A stretch of DNA of 64,000 nucleotides from an uncultured Chloroflexia bacterium (lineage in GTDB: Bacteria; Chloroflexota; Dormibacteria; Aeolococcales; Aeolococcaceae). The DNA lies in contig CAWJVN010000007.1 of the NCBI GenBank assembly GCA_963846365.1, positions 1,704,133 through 1,768,132 on the forward strand, given 5' to 3'. Below the pieces are notes generated by a model that saw only the letters and a list, made by a program, of their open reading frames with translations, was not told the DNA's origin and did no database searches. Every line of letters starts with the position of its first letter. Within the stretch, counting starts at the first letter, position 1. Below, in pieces: positions 25,628 to 34,919 of the stretch. The position numbers and the translations under genes were made by a program.

Positions 25628-26184
25628 CTATTCCTCGGCCCCGGGATCCAAACGGGCCAAGTACTCGGCCGGGACGAGGTCCGTGAGCCAGACCTCATTT
25701 GCAGATCTGAAGAAGATGTGGCCGGCTTGATGCATGGCCTCGGCGTCGATGCGAAGCACCACGGGGTGCCCGCGGCGCCTGCCCACCTGGACCGCGGTTG
25801 GGACGTCAACAGAAAGATGGACGTGGTGCCGAGCCATGCGACGCAATCCGTCACGAAGGATGGCGGGGAGAGCCCTCTCCACGGTGCCGTGGTACAGCAG
25901 CGAAGGAGGAGCCATTGGCGTGAGGCCGAGGTCGATCGGCACGGAGTGCCCTTGATTAGCTCGAATGCGGTCCCGTGACGTGTCGAGCGCGAACCGCCGC
26001 TTGTCACTCGCTGCGACAACTCGAGGAGCTCAGCCCGGGTCGTCACCACACCCGCCCGCCCGGCCCCGCCGAGCAGCTCGTCGATGGAGACCCAGCCCTC
26101 CTCATCGAGGGTTACGCCCGCCGCCGCAGGGTCGTGTCGGAGGACCAGCGAGAGGAACTTGCTGAGCCGCACGCGGTTCGCCAT
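25628..26184 (-). pseudogene. kptA: RNA 2'-phosphotransferase (KptA/Tpt1 family) with one frameshift near 26010-26030
   Basis: MANRVRLSKFLSLVLRHDPAAAGVTLDEEGWVSIDELL...AELLE in one frame, then SDKRRFALDTSRDRIRANQGHSVPIDLGL...LYHGTVERALPAILRDGLRRMARHHVHLS...VWLTDLVPAEYL in another. Confidence 0.75.
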
Positions 26185-26615
26185 AGCGCGAGCGTACCCC
26201 CTCGTGGGCGCCAGTGCTGAGCTGAGGGCGACCTGGTCGATGGACTGGGACACGGAGGCGTCGGCGCCACCTATCCCAGGGCGGAGAAGGGGACGCCAGG
26301 GAAGAATGGGGCCCCAGTGGGGCGGAGCCACGGTGGCCGGCCCTGACTGATCCACGCTGGGACTCGTCGAGGCTCTGGGGGTTGGGCGTCGGATCATCGG
26401 CCGGCCGGCGTCTCGAGGTAGGTCGGCGCACAGTGGGGTGGTCCAGGGTGCCGTGCGTAGATTGGTCCGACCAGTGATGTGGCAGCAGCGACAGTGACGA
26501 AGGATGAGCCCTTCGGCCAAGTGCAGTCGAGATCACCCATCAGACGATCGAGGTCAGTTTGGTCGAGCACGGTAGCGTTCCCGGGGAGAGGCGTCGCGCT
26601 CCCGCTGGTGGGACA

Positions 26616-27233
26616 CTAGCCCACCACGATGATCGTGACGACCCACCCAGTACCCCCCAGATGGCCGCCAAGTGACCCGTCCGCTGTCAGCATCGCCGTG
26701 CCGGGCGACACAGCGTGGAACGTTGCGGTGGCTGCTCCATCCTGCTGCTGATGGCTACTCTCACGGACCACGAATCGAGCGTCGGAGCTGATGGGCTCAC
26801 TCCAATGGAAAGGCCGGTATGCCAGCCGCAACTCGATGATGGTATTGGGCGTCACCTTCAGCGTCTGCCCATCGGCTGTGTAATCGAGCATGACGCGCCC
26901 CGATCTCGGCGGGCCGATGGCGGTGGGCATCGAGGTAGCGGGCGGTGGCGTCGCGGGGTCAACGCATCCAGCGACGCCCCGGGTGGCCGGCGGCACCGGC
27001 CCGCAACCACGGTTGGCGGGCGGAGGCGCCACCAGCGCTGCGGTGGGCGTAGGCGTTGAGCTGGCCTTGCTGCCTCCCACATCTCCCCCACCGGGGCCGG
27101 CGTCGCTCGCCCGGAGTTCCGTACTGGCGATGAGAGCGACAAGCAGTAGCGCGCCCATCGCAGCGGCGAGGCTGGCAACGCGCCGCGCCGGTGACCACGA
27201 AGGGGGCCGGGCGCGACGCTCTGGGGGCATCAC
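26616..27233 (-). CDS. membrane-anchored/secreted hypothetical protein
   Basis: N-terminal anchor VASLAAAMGALLLVALIAS, a Pro/Gly/Thr-rich linker, and a C-terminal beta-rich domain of about 100 aa (TLKVTPNTIIELRLAYRPFHWSEP...ATFHAVSPGTAMLTADGS). Confidence 0.5.
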   Translation of the reverse strand: MMPPERRARPPSWSPARRVASLAAAMGALLLVALIASTELRASDAGPGGGDVGGSKASSTPTPTAALVAPPPANRGCGPVPPATRGVAGCVDPATPPPATSMPTAIGPPRSGRVMLDYTADGQTLKVTPNTIIELRLAYRPFHWSEPISSDARFVVRESSHQQQDGAATATFHAVSPGTAMLTADGSLGGHLGGTGWVVTIIVVG

Positions 27234-27319
27234 CCGACGCTACCACCGACCGCCGGCCCCCTGACTACCCCACACCGTGTCTATCCCGAGGTGAGGGGGT
27301 TGAGGCCGCTGTCGACCAG

Positions 27320-27577
27320 CTATCGCTTTCGTCGCTTCAACACCCAGTTCACCCCCCAGAAGAGGAGGGCGTACAGCGCCACCGTGCCGCCCCCCACGAG
27401 CGCAATGCCGATGGCAAAGTCGTGGGCAAGCCGCACACCAAAGCTCGGCCCAAAGGCCTCGAGCCCGAGTGTGAGCAAGCAGAGAACCGCGGCCATGCCA
27501 AGGCCCACATCCGTCGATCCCCTCGGCTGCCTCACAGCTCCATTATCCGGCCGCCGAGAGTCAGGAGACATCTGCAC
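27320..27577 (-). CDS. small membrane protein (85 aa)
   Basis: Two hydrophobic helices, GLGMAAVLCLLTLGL and IGIALVGGGTVALYALLFWGVNWVL, and a basic C-terminus, KRRKR. Confidence 0.45.
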   Translation of the reverse strand: MQMSPDSRRPDNGAVRQPRGSTDVGLGMAAVLCLLTLGLEAFGPSFGVRLAHDFAIGIALVGGGTVALYALLFWGVNWVLKRRKR

Positions 27578-27757
27578 ACCGTGCGGTGGGCCAGGGTGGC
27601 CCTTTTTCGATCCATGGCTCGACAGAACCAGCTCGTGCCCCGCGCGCCCCGAACTGAGCGGCCCCGGTAGGCGATAATTGGGGAGGACGCCGGTGGCTCT
27701 CGCTGCCGGAAGTAGGCCCGGGCGTACCCGCCGGACGGCGGGGCCCCGGGTCTGCGC

Positions 27758-28540
27758 TCACCAGGACACCTTGGCAATCTGGAGTTGTCCCGTCCGCCGG
27801 CGGAGAAGACCACGCTTTCGCCAGGCGGAAATTCGATCCACGTAGTCAGTGCGACCCCTCACCTCGTGGGCGAGGATGGCGCCAGCCATCGCATCAGGAA
27901 TCCACATCAGGGGATCGTCAGCAGGTGCACTAAAACGGTACGTCTGCGTCGAGCTGATATTGACCTGCCCACTTTCCTCGCGCCTATCAGCGAGGTTCTT
28001 CCGGTCCTTCCTATCGCTGCTATCGCCCCGGCTAGCGATGACCAGCTCGTCGACCGTCGTGGCGATGAGCGGATCCGAGCGGAGACTGAGGAGGCAGGCA
28101 CCGCGAGCGAGGTCCCATCGACCGTTGCCGCCACGAGAGATGACGGGGCGACCCCAGGGAATCTCCAACCAAGCCGTGACCGGTCTCGAGATTCGCACTC
28201 GGTGCTCCAGGCCGAAGCCGCCGACCACGTCCAAGAAGCGAAGACGGATCTCCCGCAACTCCTGGTGCCAGTGGAATCGCTGTTGTCCTGGGAGCAGCGC
28301 TCCAAGAAGTTGGCGCCGGATACTCTCGATCTGCTCATCGGGCACGACCGTGGCCGCCATCACGTATGTCCGAGCCTCGGCGTCGGCCGCCCCATCGATG
28401 TAGACGATCACTCGTCCATTGTGGTGCACGGCACCGCCCGGGTCCCGCCCCCCAGCGGAATGCGCCAGATGGGAAGTTGAGGTGGCTGGCAAGGGCGGCA
28501 GTCCGGAGCGGCGGCACCGCCTGGACCTGTGGCTCGTCAC
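27758..28540 (-). CDS. hypothetical protein with a weak DUF3800/RNase-H-like signature
   Basis: VIVYIDGAADAEARTYVMAATVV near the N-terminus and LMWIPDAMAGAILAHE near the C-terminus resemble the acidic-residue blocks of DUF3800-type proteins. The true start is probably GTG 28411. Codons are visibly AT-richer than in neighbouring genes. Confidence 0.45.
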   Translation of the reverse strand: MTSHRSRRCRRSGLPPLPATSTSHLAHSAGGRDPGGAVHHNGRVIVYIDGAADAEARTYVMAATVVPDEQIESIRRQLLGALLPGQQRFHWHQELREIRLRFLDVVGGFGLEHRVRISRPVTAWLEIPWGRPVISRGGNGRWDLARGACLLSLRSDPLIATTVDELVIASRGDSSDRKDRKNLADRREESGQVNISSTQTYRFSAPADDPLMWIPDAMAGAILAHEVRGRTDYVDRISAWRKRGLLRRRTGQLQIAKVSW

Positions 28541-29222
28541 CGAACCATGGGAGGGTCCCCCGGGTCGGCTGGGCTTGACGAGACTTGGTGGCCGAACCGT
28601 CGATCGAGGGCACGACGCCCTGCGGCCGCCGTCGGCCCCGAGGTCGATGTAGATCGGGGGTACCGTCGGCTGGTCGACGGTGGCCTTTTACAGACGCGAC
28701 CGGTCGATGCTACTGCCGCTTGAGCCTGACCCACGGTGGCCCCCACCGGCGCTCCGCGGCGGCCACAGCCGCGGCCGACACGGGGAAGCGCCAGTTCGCG
28801 GAGAACAGGTCGCAGAGGTTGCGTCCGCCCGCGGCGCTGGCGGTGAGGACGAAGTTGTCGACGGCGTCCGTGGTGGTCTCGCGGTCGGGGAGGCCAGCAG
28901 CCTCTCGCCAGATGCGCTCGTGGATGACCGGGCCGAAGTAGTCGGCGAACCGCATGACGAAGGAGGCGAACAGGTCGGTCGCTCCCAGGCGCGAGCCCGG
29001 CACGCGATTGGCGGTGGAGCGGGGCCCGGTATTGGTACCCGATCTCGCGGGAGCAGCCGGTCTCGTCCGGCTATGCCGAGCGGCCCAAGGTGTCCTTCCC
29101 GGGTGACCCTCGGCCGATCCGCTCAGGGTACGTTTACGAACCGTGGGCTGGCCCAAGGTAGCCGCCTCTGGCCAGGAGCGGTCAAGCCTGGCACGCGGAC
29201 CGGACCCGGGTACCCTACCCGC

Positions 29223-29546
29223 ATGGAGTTCGTGTCCACGGCGGGTCTGGTGCTTGCCGGTCTTCTCTGCATGGCCTGGTTCGTCAGTGCCGTTCATATC
29301 TACCGCGATGTGCGCGAATGGGGCTTCTCTCGTCCCCGCCGCGCCTTCCTGGCGAATTTGCTGTGCCTATTGCTGCCGTTAGGCATCGCCTTTTTTGTGT
29401 GGCCCCGAGTCCGCGACTGGGTTTACGACTACGGCAACTGGCAGTACCCGAACATCGCTGACCCCGAGCTGCCGCTCGAGTCGGAACGACCTTCTCGGGT
29501 TACTGGTCGCCGCGGGCCAGCGCCGCGCCGTCGCCCCCCGACATGA
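29223..29546 (+). CDS. small membrane protein, PLD-nuclease N-terminal (PLDc_N)-like
   Basis: LVLAGLLCMAWFVSAVHIYRDVREWGFSRPRRAFLANLLCLLLPLGIAFFVWPR matches the two-helix PLDc_N pattern. Confidence 0.55.
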   Translation: MEFVSTAGLVLAGLLCMAWFVSAVHIYRDVREWGFSRPRRAFLANLLCLLLPLGIAFFVWPRVRDWVYDYGNWQYPNIADPELPLESERPSRVTGRRGPAPRRRPPT

Positions 29547-29749
29547 GAGCCTGGAATCCGTCTGCTCGGGGCGCCTTGAAGCGCGTCGGTGCCGAGCAAC
29601 TACCGGGGGAGACTGGGGGATCGTCGCGTGATCCGCGGTGACCACTTTCGGGTCCGGGAGGGCGGCCCGCGGACCGTGGGCTCCGCCAGCCCTGGTGGTG
29701 ACTCCGACGAGGCTTTCGGACGCCTGCCGCCGCCCCGACTGCGTCTGTC

Positions 29750-30271
29750 ATGTCACAGAAGGTGATCCCAGCGAACCGACCGTCCGATGTCAACCCGTCC
29801 GACCCTCCCATCGGCTCGGCGCTCTTGGAGCTCCAACGCGCAGCCTATGCTGTCGAGGCGCAGCTCATCGGTGATCAGCGGATACCTAATCTCACCGAGA
29901 GTCTCGAGGATCTCTTGCGCGCTCCGCTCCACTGGGTGGCCATCCGGGACGAGGTCGGCATCGTCGCCGCAGCAGGGTATCTCGAGAGGAGCGGCGAGAT
30001 CGAGATCGACCGGCTGATGGTCGCGCCACGCGCCTTTCGAAGTGGCCATGGCGCTCATCTCGTTCGCGAGCTGATCAGGCGCGCTGGCCACCGCCGCCGC
30101 CTTCGAGTCTCGACGGGACTGGAGAACCTACCCGCCATCACACTGTACGAGAAGTTCGGTTTCGTGAAGACGAGCGAGAGTGAGCCCCTGCCAGGGCTTC
30201 GGACCGTCCAGCTCGAGCGCTCCTCGACATGCCCGTCGTCTCGTGATTCTTCGCCGCCGATGTCAAGGTAG
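29750..30271 (+). CDS. GNAT-family N-acetyltransferase
   Basis: The acetyl-CoA binding block is IDRLMVAPRAFRSGHGAHLVRELIRRA, followed by AITLYEKFGFVKT. Confidence 0.8.
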   Translation: MSQKVIPANRPSDVNPSDPPIGSALLELQRAAYAVEAQLIGDQRIPNLTESLEDLLRAPLHWVAIRDEVGIVAAAGYLERSGEIEIDRLMVAPRAFRSGHGAHLVRELIRRAGHRRRLRVSTGLENLPAITLYEKFGFVKTSESEPLPGLRTVQLERSSTCPSSRDSSPPMSR

Positions 30272-30361
30272 GCTGGCGCACCGTTGCCTGGTCCAGGGTG
30301 GCCTGCCTCGGCCGGCCCGGCACGTTCAGCGTGCGGGAGGTGACGGCTGACGCCGCAGCCG

Positions 30362-30672
30362 TCAGGGATCCGCTGGCACGACCTCCACGCGCACCCCTCT
30401 GTGGCCGCTACAGCGCGGTCGCGCAACCCGGACATAGCCGCGCGCGCCGGGTCGCTCATGAAGCCCTCGAACGCGGCCTCGGAAGGGAACTCGATGAGCT
30501 GCATCTCGTACGGCGCACTGCGCGGGTCGATCGCGCGCACCCGGCGCAGCACCCTGCCCCCGTGGCCCGCGAGGAGCTCGAGCACCCGATCCTCGTAGTC
30601 GATCAGCAGCCGCTCGTTGCCAGGTACGGCGGAGAGCAACACGCAAACCATTACCGTCATGGTCACGCTCAT
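30362..30672 (-). pseudogene. DUF1330-like small protein, possibly frameshifted near 30395
   Basis: MSVTMTVMVCVLLSAVPGNERLLIDYEDRVLELLAGHGGRVLRRV...YEMQLIEFPSEAAFEGFMSDPARAAMSGLRDRAVAATE. A natural-looking end, VRVEVVPADP-stop (30362), lies in another frame. The in-frame continuation runs antisense through the GNAT gene. Confidence 0.4.
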
Positions 30673-30938
30673 CGGGGCGCACCGCGGTCGTTCCGCGGGG
30701 AGAGCTGGCGCCGCAACCCCATCGGTCCGTCCTCGTCGAACCAACGTCGCACGGTTGGCCCATGGAACCTCCAGCGGCCGCCGTCGCGGATGGCGGGGAG
30801 AAGCCCGCGCTCGGCGGCGTAGTAGAGAACGGGGACCGGAATAGCCAGCCAGGCAGCGACTGTGGGCGGCGAAACGAACTCGTCCGCGGGCACGAGTTCG
30901 CCGCGCGGCGGCCCGGCAGGGGGCGAAGAGCCGCTCAC
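30669..30938 (-). CDS. excisionase-family (HTH_17) DNA-binding protein
   Basis: FVSPPTVAAWLAIPVPVLYYAAERGLLPAIRDGGRWRFHGPTVRRWF. The stop overlaps the downstream ATG (ATGA). Confidence 0.6.
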   Translation of the reverse strand: MSGSSPPAGPPRGELVPADEFVSPPTVAAWLAIPVPVLYYAAERGLLPAIRDGGRWRFHGPTVRRWFDEDGPMGLRRQLSPRNDRGAPR

Positions 30939-31167
30939 GAAGGCGATCTCCCTGGACGGAGGGTAGTTGCCATCCCACTAGTTTCCCCGAAGCCCCAACT
31001 GTTGGTCCAGGGCGCCGGCATCGTGGCCCTCACCGACCCACCACCATTCGCATGTGGCTCAGGGCACGTTCCCGTCTTCCGGCGTGGGCCAGGGCGGCCT
31101 CTCCTGATGCGGCGGCTACATTCGTAGGCCGTCGTGCATCAGGCTCGGTGGGGCGATGGCCTCCGGG

Positions 31168-31416
31168 CTATGGCTGGCGCTCGAACGGCCCGTGGTAGTA
31201 CGGGCTTGAGGGCTCCAGTAGCGTATCGAGGACGGCAAGGGCTCCTCGGACGTGTCGTACGAGGCACTCGACGAGCACCCGCGAGCCAGCGGCGGTATCG
31301 AGATCGCCGCGCTTGGCCACTTCGAGCAGAGCCCCCAGTTGGCGCGCGAGCTGGCCCACGAGCTCGCGGCGTTCTTCGTCGGTCTCGGGAAGGTTGACCA
31401 TGTCCACAGCATGCAT
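31168..31416 (-). CDS. hypothetical helical protein (82 aa)
   Basis: ORF with plausible composition (ETDEERRELVGQLARQLGALLEVAKRGDLD). No motif recognised. Confidence 0.4.
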   Translation of the reverse strand: MHAVDMVNLPETDEERRELVGQLARQLGALLEVAKRGDLDTAAGSRVLVECLVRHVRGALAVLDTLLEPSSPYYHGPFERQP

Positions 31417-31593
31417 GACACAACACCGACGTCGCTAGCCGCTCAAGCGAGGTTGGTGCACCTTCGCCTGATCGATGGTGGCCTCTCTTGACTTCCACGA
31501 CTTGGACCTTATCGCCCGCGTTGTATGGTGGCGACCACCGACAGAAAGAGAATGGCCCCGATGACGACCAGCAGTCGTCTGGCGGTCCGCCAC

Positions 31594-31842
31594 TCACCTA
31601 GCCCGTTGCTGCCGTAGATGCGCATCCACGGACTGCGTTTGCAGCGTCTGTCCCATGACCCCTCTCAAGTTCCCCGCCATCGTCGCTCCGTCGATCACCA
31701 TGAGCGTGCTGATCACGAGGGCGACCATCCGGCCCCAGACGCCGGCGTAGATCGGCAAGAGAACGGCGGCTGCGGATAATGGGTAAACCGCATAGCACAT
31801 GATGCGATAGAGGAGGCTCAGGCCGGTTTCGAAGCGTCGCAC
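31594..31842 (-). CDS. small membrane protein (82 aa)
   Basis: YAVYPLSAAAVLLPIYAGVWGRMVALVISTLMVIDGA gives two TM helices. Several AT-ending codons are visible. Confidence 0.45.
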   Translation of the reverse strand: MRRFETGLSLLYRIMCYAVYPLSAAAVLLPIYAGVWGRMVALVISTLMVIDGATMAGNLRGVMGQTLQTQSVDAHLRQQRAR

Positions 31843-31939
31843 TTCTTATGGATGGCATCCGGTCGGCGCCGGGCGGGCTCGAGGTATGTCCGCGACCCGT
31901 GGCCTGATTCACGGTACCCGCCGTTGGTTCGGATGATCG

Positions 31940-32404
31940 TCACCTGGCTCGAGGCTTGGGCCGCATCTTTCGGCCAGTAGGATCTGCCTCGAGAGCAGAC
32001 TCGTGGAGCCCACCGATCACCCGTCCGGTCGTCCCTCCGTCCCAGCACTCGGTCAGAGCCCATCCTACGGCGTCGACCTGGTCAGCACATTGACCGAGCT
32101 TGTCTCGAAACATCGAAGAATCCGAAAGCAGGTAGCAGAGACCGAAGAGAAGTTCGTATTGCATGCAGCGGACAACTTCGCTCACGTCCTGCGGATCGGC
32201 ACCTGCTTCGAGCACCCGGCGGAGTGCGGGCCCCTGACCTCCAAGCGGACCGTCCAACTCACTATAGCCGCGAACCTGGTCGATCCATTTCCCATCATCG
32301 TCCACCAGGTAGTTCCAGGCCTGGCGGAGGAAGAAAGCGCACCAGCTGCGGGACGTCCTCGCGGATCTCAGAGGTCGCCCACTGCTCGGGGGCATCGGCG
32401 CCAA
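31940..32404 (-). pseudogene. hypothetical protein, apparently 5'-truncated and frameshifted near 32340
   Basis: The body FFLRQAWNYLVDDDGKWIDQVRGYSELDG...VVRCMQYELLFGLCYLLSDSS looks coding. Upstream, the protein-like reading DLGADAPEQWATSEIREDVPQLVRF is in a different frame and has no start codon. Codon usage is AT-richer than in the flanking genes. Confidence 0.4.
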
Positions 32405-33441
32405 GGTCTCGGAAGATCCGGGTGAGGGTTGAAGGCCTCGCGCACCTCGGCCCCGGTCTCGGCCGCTGCTCCTATCAGGATCGCGTCGAGTACACGCCGT
32501 CGGGGGGCGTAGCTGTCGCGAACCTCTCCGGCTGGAGGTGGCGAACCGACCAGCGCGAGATCACCGAGGTCGAAGTTCTCCAGGTTGATGTCGCTCGGTT
32601 CCGGTCCGCCGCGCCGCCCGGTGTCGAGCCCGTCGATGGCGGCCGCGTCCTCGTCGGTGAGTTCGAAGTTGAAGATGTCGAAGTTCTCAGCGATTCGGCG
32701 CGGGCGGAAGGACTTGGGGATCGCCGAGCGGCCCTGCTGGAGGTGCCAGCGCAGCATCACCTGAGCCGGTGTCCTGCCGTGAGCCTGTGCGATCTCGCCG
32801 ATCACCGGGTCCTGCAGCGTGCTTTGAGGGCTGCCCTCGCGGTAGAAGGTGATGCCACCGATCGGTGACCACGCCTGGGTCAGGATCCCGCGCGCGGCGC
32901 CGTACGCCTGCACTTCCCGTTGCGTGAAGTAGGGGTGCACCTCAATCTGGTTCACCGCCGGCACCACGCTCGCCCGCTCGAGAAGAGAGCTGAGGTGATC
33001 GACCATGAAGTTGCTGACGCCGATGGCCCGGACCTTGGCGTCACCGAGCAGCGTCTCCAGCGCCTGATATGCCCCCACGGTCCTTGCGAAGTCGGAGGGG
33101 AGGGGCTGGTGGAGGATGAGCAGGTCGATCTGGTCGACGCCCAGCTTGCGGGCACTCTTCTCAAAACCGTGCAGTGTCTGGTCGTACCCGTAGTCGCTGG
33201 TCCAGATCTTGGTCTCGAGGAAGACCTCGTCCCGGTCGATGCCCGAGTTGCGGAGCGCCTCGCCGACCTGGCGTTCATTGCCGTATGCCGCGGCGGTGTC
33301 GATGTGCCGGTAGCCGGCCGACAACGCCGCCTCGACCGCGGACCTGGTCTCCTCTGGTGGCGTCTGAAAGACGCCAAGACCGATGGCGGGCATCTCGACG
33401 CCGTTGTTCAAGGTGAAGCGCTTGACCGCGGCCGTCCTCAT
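32368..33441 (-). CDS. aldo/keto reductase (DkgA-like) whose reading frame continues into a fragment of an FAD-monooxygenase-like gene
   Basis: FTLNNGVEMPAIGLGVFQ...GYRHIDTAAAYGNE...LETKIW...IGVSNF...IEVHPY...IPKS.RP.RI.ENF. After ...GRRGGPEPSD the ORF reads VRDSYAPRRRVLDAILIGAAAETGAEVREAF, an internal motif of FAD-dependent oxidoreductases. Confidence 0.8.
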   Translation of the reverse strand: MRTAAVKRFTLNNGVEMPAIGLGVFQTPPEETRSAVEAALSAGYRHIDTAAAYGNERQVGEALRNSGIDRDEVFLETKIWTSDYGYDQTLHGFEKSARKLGVDQIDLLILHQPLPSDFARTVGAYQALETLLGDAKVRAIGVSNFMVDHLSSLLERASVVPAVNQIEVHPYFTQREVQAYGAARGILTQAWSPIGGITFYREGSPQSTLQDPVIGEIAQAHGRTPAQVMLRWHLQQGRSAIPKSFRPRRIAENFDIFNFELTDEDAAAIDGLDTGRRGGPEPSDINLENFDLGDLALVGSPPPAGEVRDSYAPRRRVLDAILIGAAAETGAEVREAFNPHPDLPRPWRRCPRAVGDL

Positions 33442-34467
33442 CAGCGCCGCGCCGCCCGATCGAGAGAGGGGCTGGTCCAGCCGTTGTCGGCAGCGTTGAT
33501 GGTGATGCCCGGCGGGTTGATCTCGTCGATGTGGTCCAACAGGTCGGTGGAGAGCACGACGTCCGCGGCTGGCAGCTGTGACTCCAGGTGCTCCATGGTT
33601 CTCGGGCCAATGATGGCCGCGGTGACGGCTGGGTGCCTCAGCACGAAGGCGATTCGCCAACTCGATCAGCGAGATGCCGGCGTCATCCGCCAGCTGGGCG
33701 AGCCGCTCGGTGGCCTTCAGCTTGCGCTGGTTCTCGGGAAGCGACAGGTCGAAGCGGTTGGCCAGCCGCTTCCGCGCCGGCGACGTCGGCCCTTGCAGCT
33801 CGCCGCCCTTGCTGTACCGGCCCGACAGCCAGCCTCCGGCGAGCGGGCTGTAGGAGATCACCCCCATGCCATAGCGCTGACAGGCGGGCAGCACCTCGTT
33901 CTCGATGGCCCGGGTGAGGATGGAGTATGGTGGCTGCTCGCAGCGGAAGCGCTCCCGCGCGCGCCGCTCCGCCATCCACTGCGCCTCCACGATCATCGAC
34001 GCCGGGAACGTCGAGTGTCCGATGTAGCGCACCTTCCCCTGATGCACGAGGTCACTGAGCGCACCGAGGGTCTCGTCGATGTCGGTGCCGGGCTCGGGCC
34101 GGTGGATCTGGTAGAGGTCGATCCAATCGGTGTTCAGCCGCCGGAGTGAGCTCTCGACCTCGCGGATGATCCAGCGGCGGGAGAGGCCGCGCCGGTTGGG
34201 ATCGTCGCCCATCGGCATGTCCACCTTGGTGGCCAGCACCACGTCGTCGCGCCGGCCGCCGGCGAGAGCCTTGCCCACGATCTCCTCCGACTCGCCGTCA
34301 GAGTACACGTCGGCGGTGTCGATGAAGTTGATGCCGGCGTCGAGGGCTCGATGGATGATGCGGATGCTCTCGTCGTGGTCCTTGGTTCCCCAGGCGCCGA
34401 ACATCATGGCGCCAAGGCACAGCTTGCTGACCTGGACGCCCGTGTGTCCCAGGGGGCGGAGTTCCAT
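33441..34467 (-). pseudogene. aldo/keto reductase (Tas/YajO-like) with a 1-nt insertion frameshift at about 33653
   Basis: MELRPLGHTGVQVSKLCLGAMMFG...INFIDTADVYSDGESEEIVG...IDLYQIHRP...ISLIELA, then the other frame [27 protein letters not shown]... to the stop at 33441. The gcgaatcgcc sequence carries one extra A relative to the expected gcg-atc-gcc. Confidence 0.8.
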
Positions 34468-34476
34468 CGTCGTTCC

Positions 34477-34893
34477 TCAGGCGGGGCGGGCGGCCGGTGC
34501 GGCGGTGTACTCGTCGTCGCGGACGTGCGTGCCCCAGTGGACCGCGGGGTGCTCGTCGTCGACCTCGTTGACGGCGAGGTGCACCATGAGCCGGTTGGGT
34601 GCCGCCCCGTGCCAGTGGTCCTCGTCAGGCTCGAAGAACACCCGGTCTCCCGGGCGGATCTCCTCGACCGCACCGCCACGGCGCTGGCAGCGGCCGACGC
34701 CCTCTGTGACATAGATCGTTTGGCCGAGGGGGTGCGTATGCCAGGCGGTGCGAGCACCCGGTGTGAAGTGCACCAGGTTGGCCTGCACTCGCGCCGGCGG
34801 GGGTGCGGCGGCGACGGGGTCGATGTACACGTGCCCCGTGAACCACTCGGCGGGGCCGGTGGCGGTGTCGAGGGAGCTTCGCGTCACCTGCAT
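34477..34893 (-). CDS. cupin-domain protein
   Basis: FTPGARTAWHTHPLGQTIYVTEGVGRCQRRGGAVEEIRPGDRVFFEPDEDHWHGA carries both cupin motifs. Confidence 0.8.
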   Translation of the reverse strand: MQVTRSSLDTATGPAEWFTGHVYIDPVAAAPPPARVQANLVHFTPGARTAWHTHPLGQTIYVTEGVGRCQRRGGAVEEIRPGDRVFFEPDEDHWHGAAPNRLMVHLAVNEVDDEHPAVHWGTHVRDDEYTAAPAARPA

Positions 34894-34919
34894 TCGTGTT
34901 CTCCTGTGTGGCCAGTCGC

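Noticed and set aside
31510-31625. 38-aa ORF (MRIYGSNGLGEWRTARRLLVVIGAILFLSVVATIQRGR) overlapping the end of the 31594-31842 gene
   Set aside because: It has a plausible single TM helix but no RBS, and it overlaps a better-supported gene.
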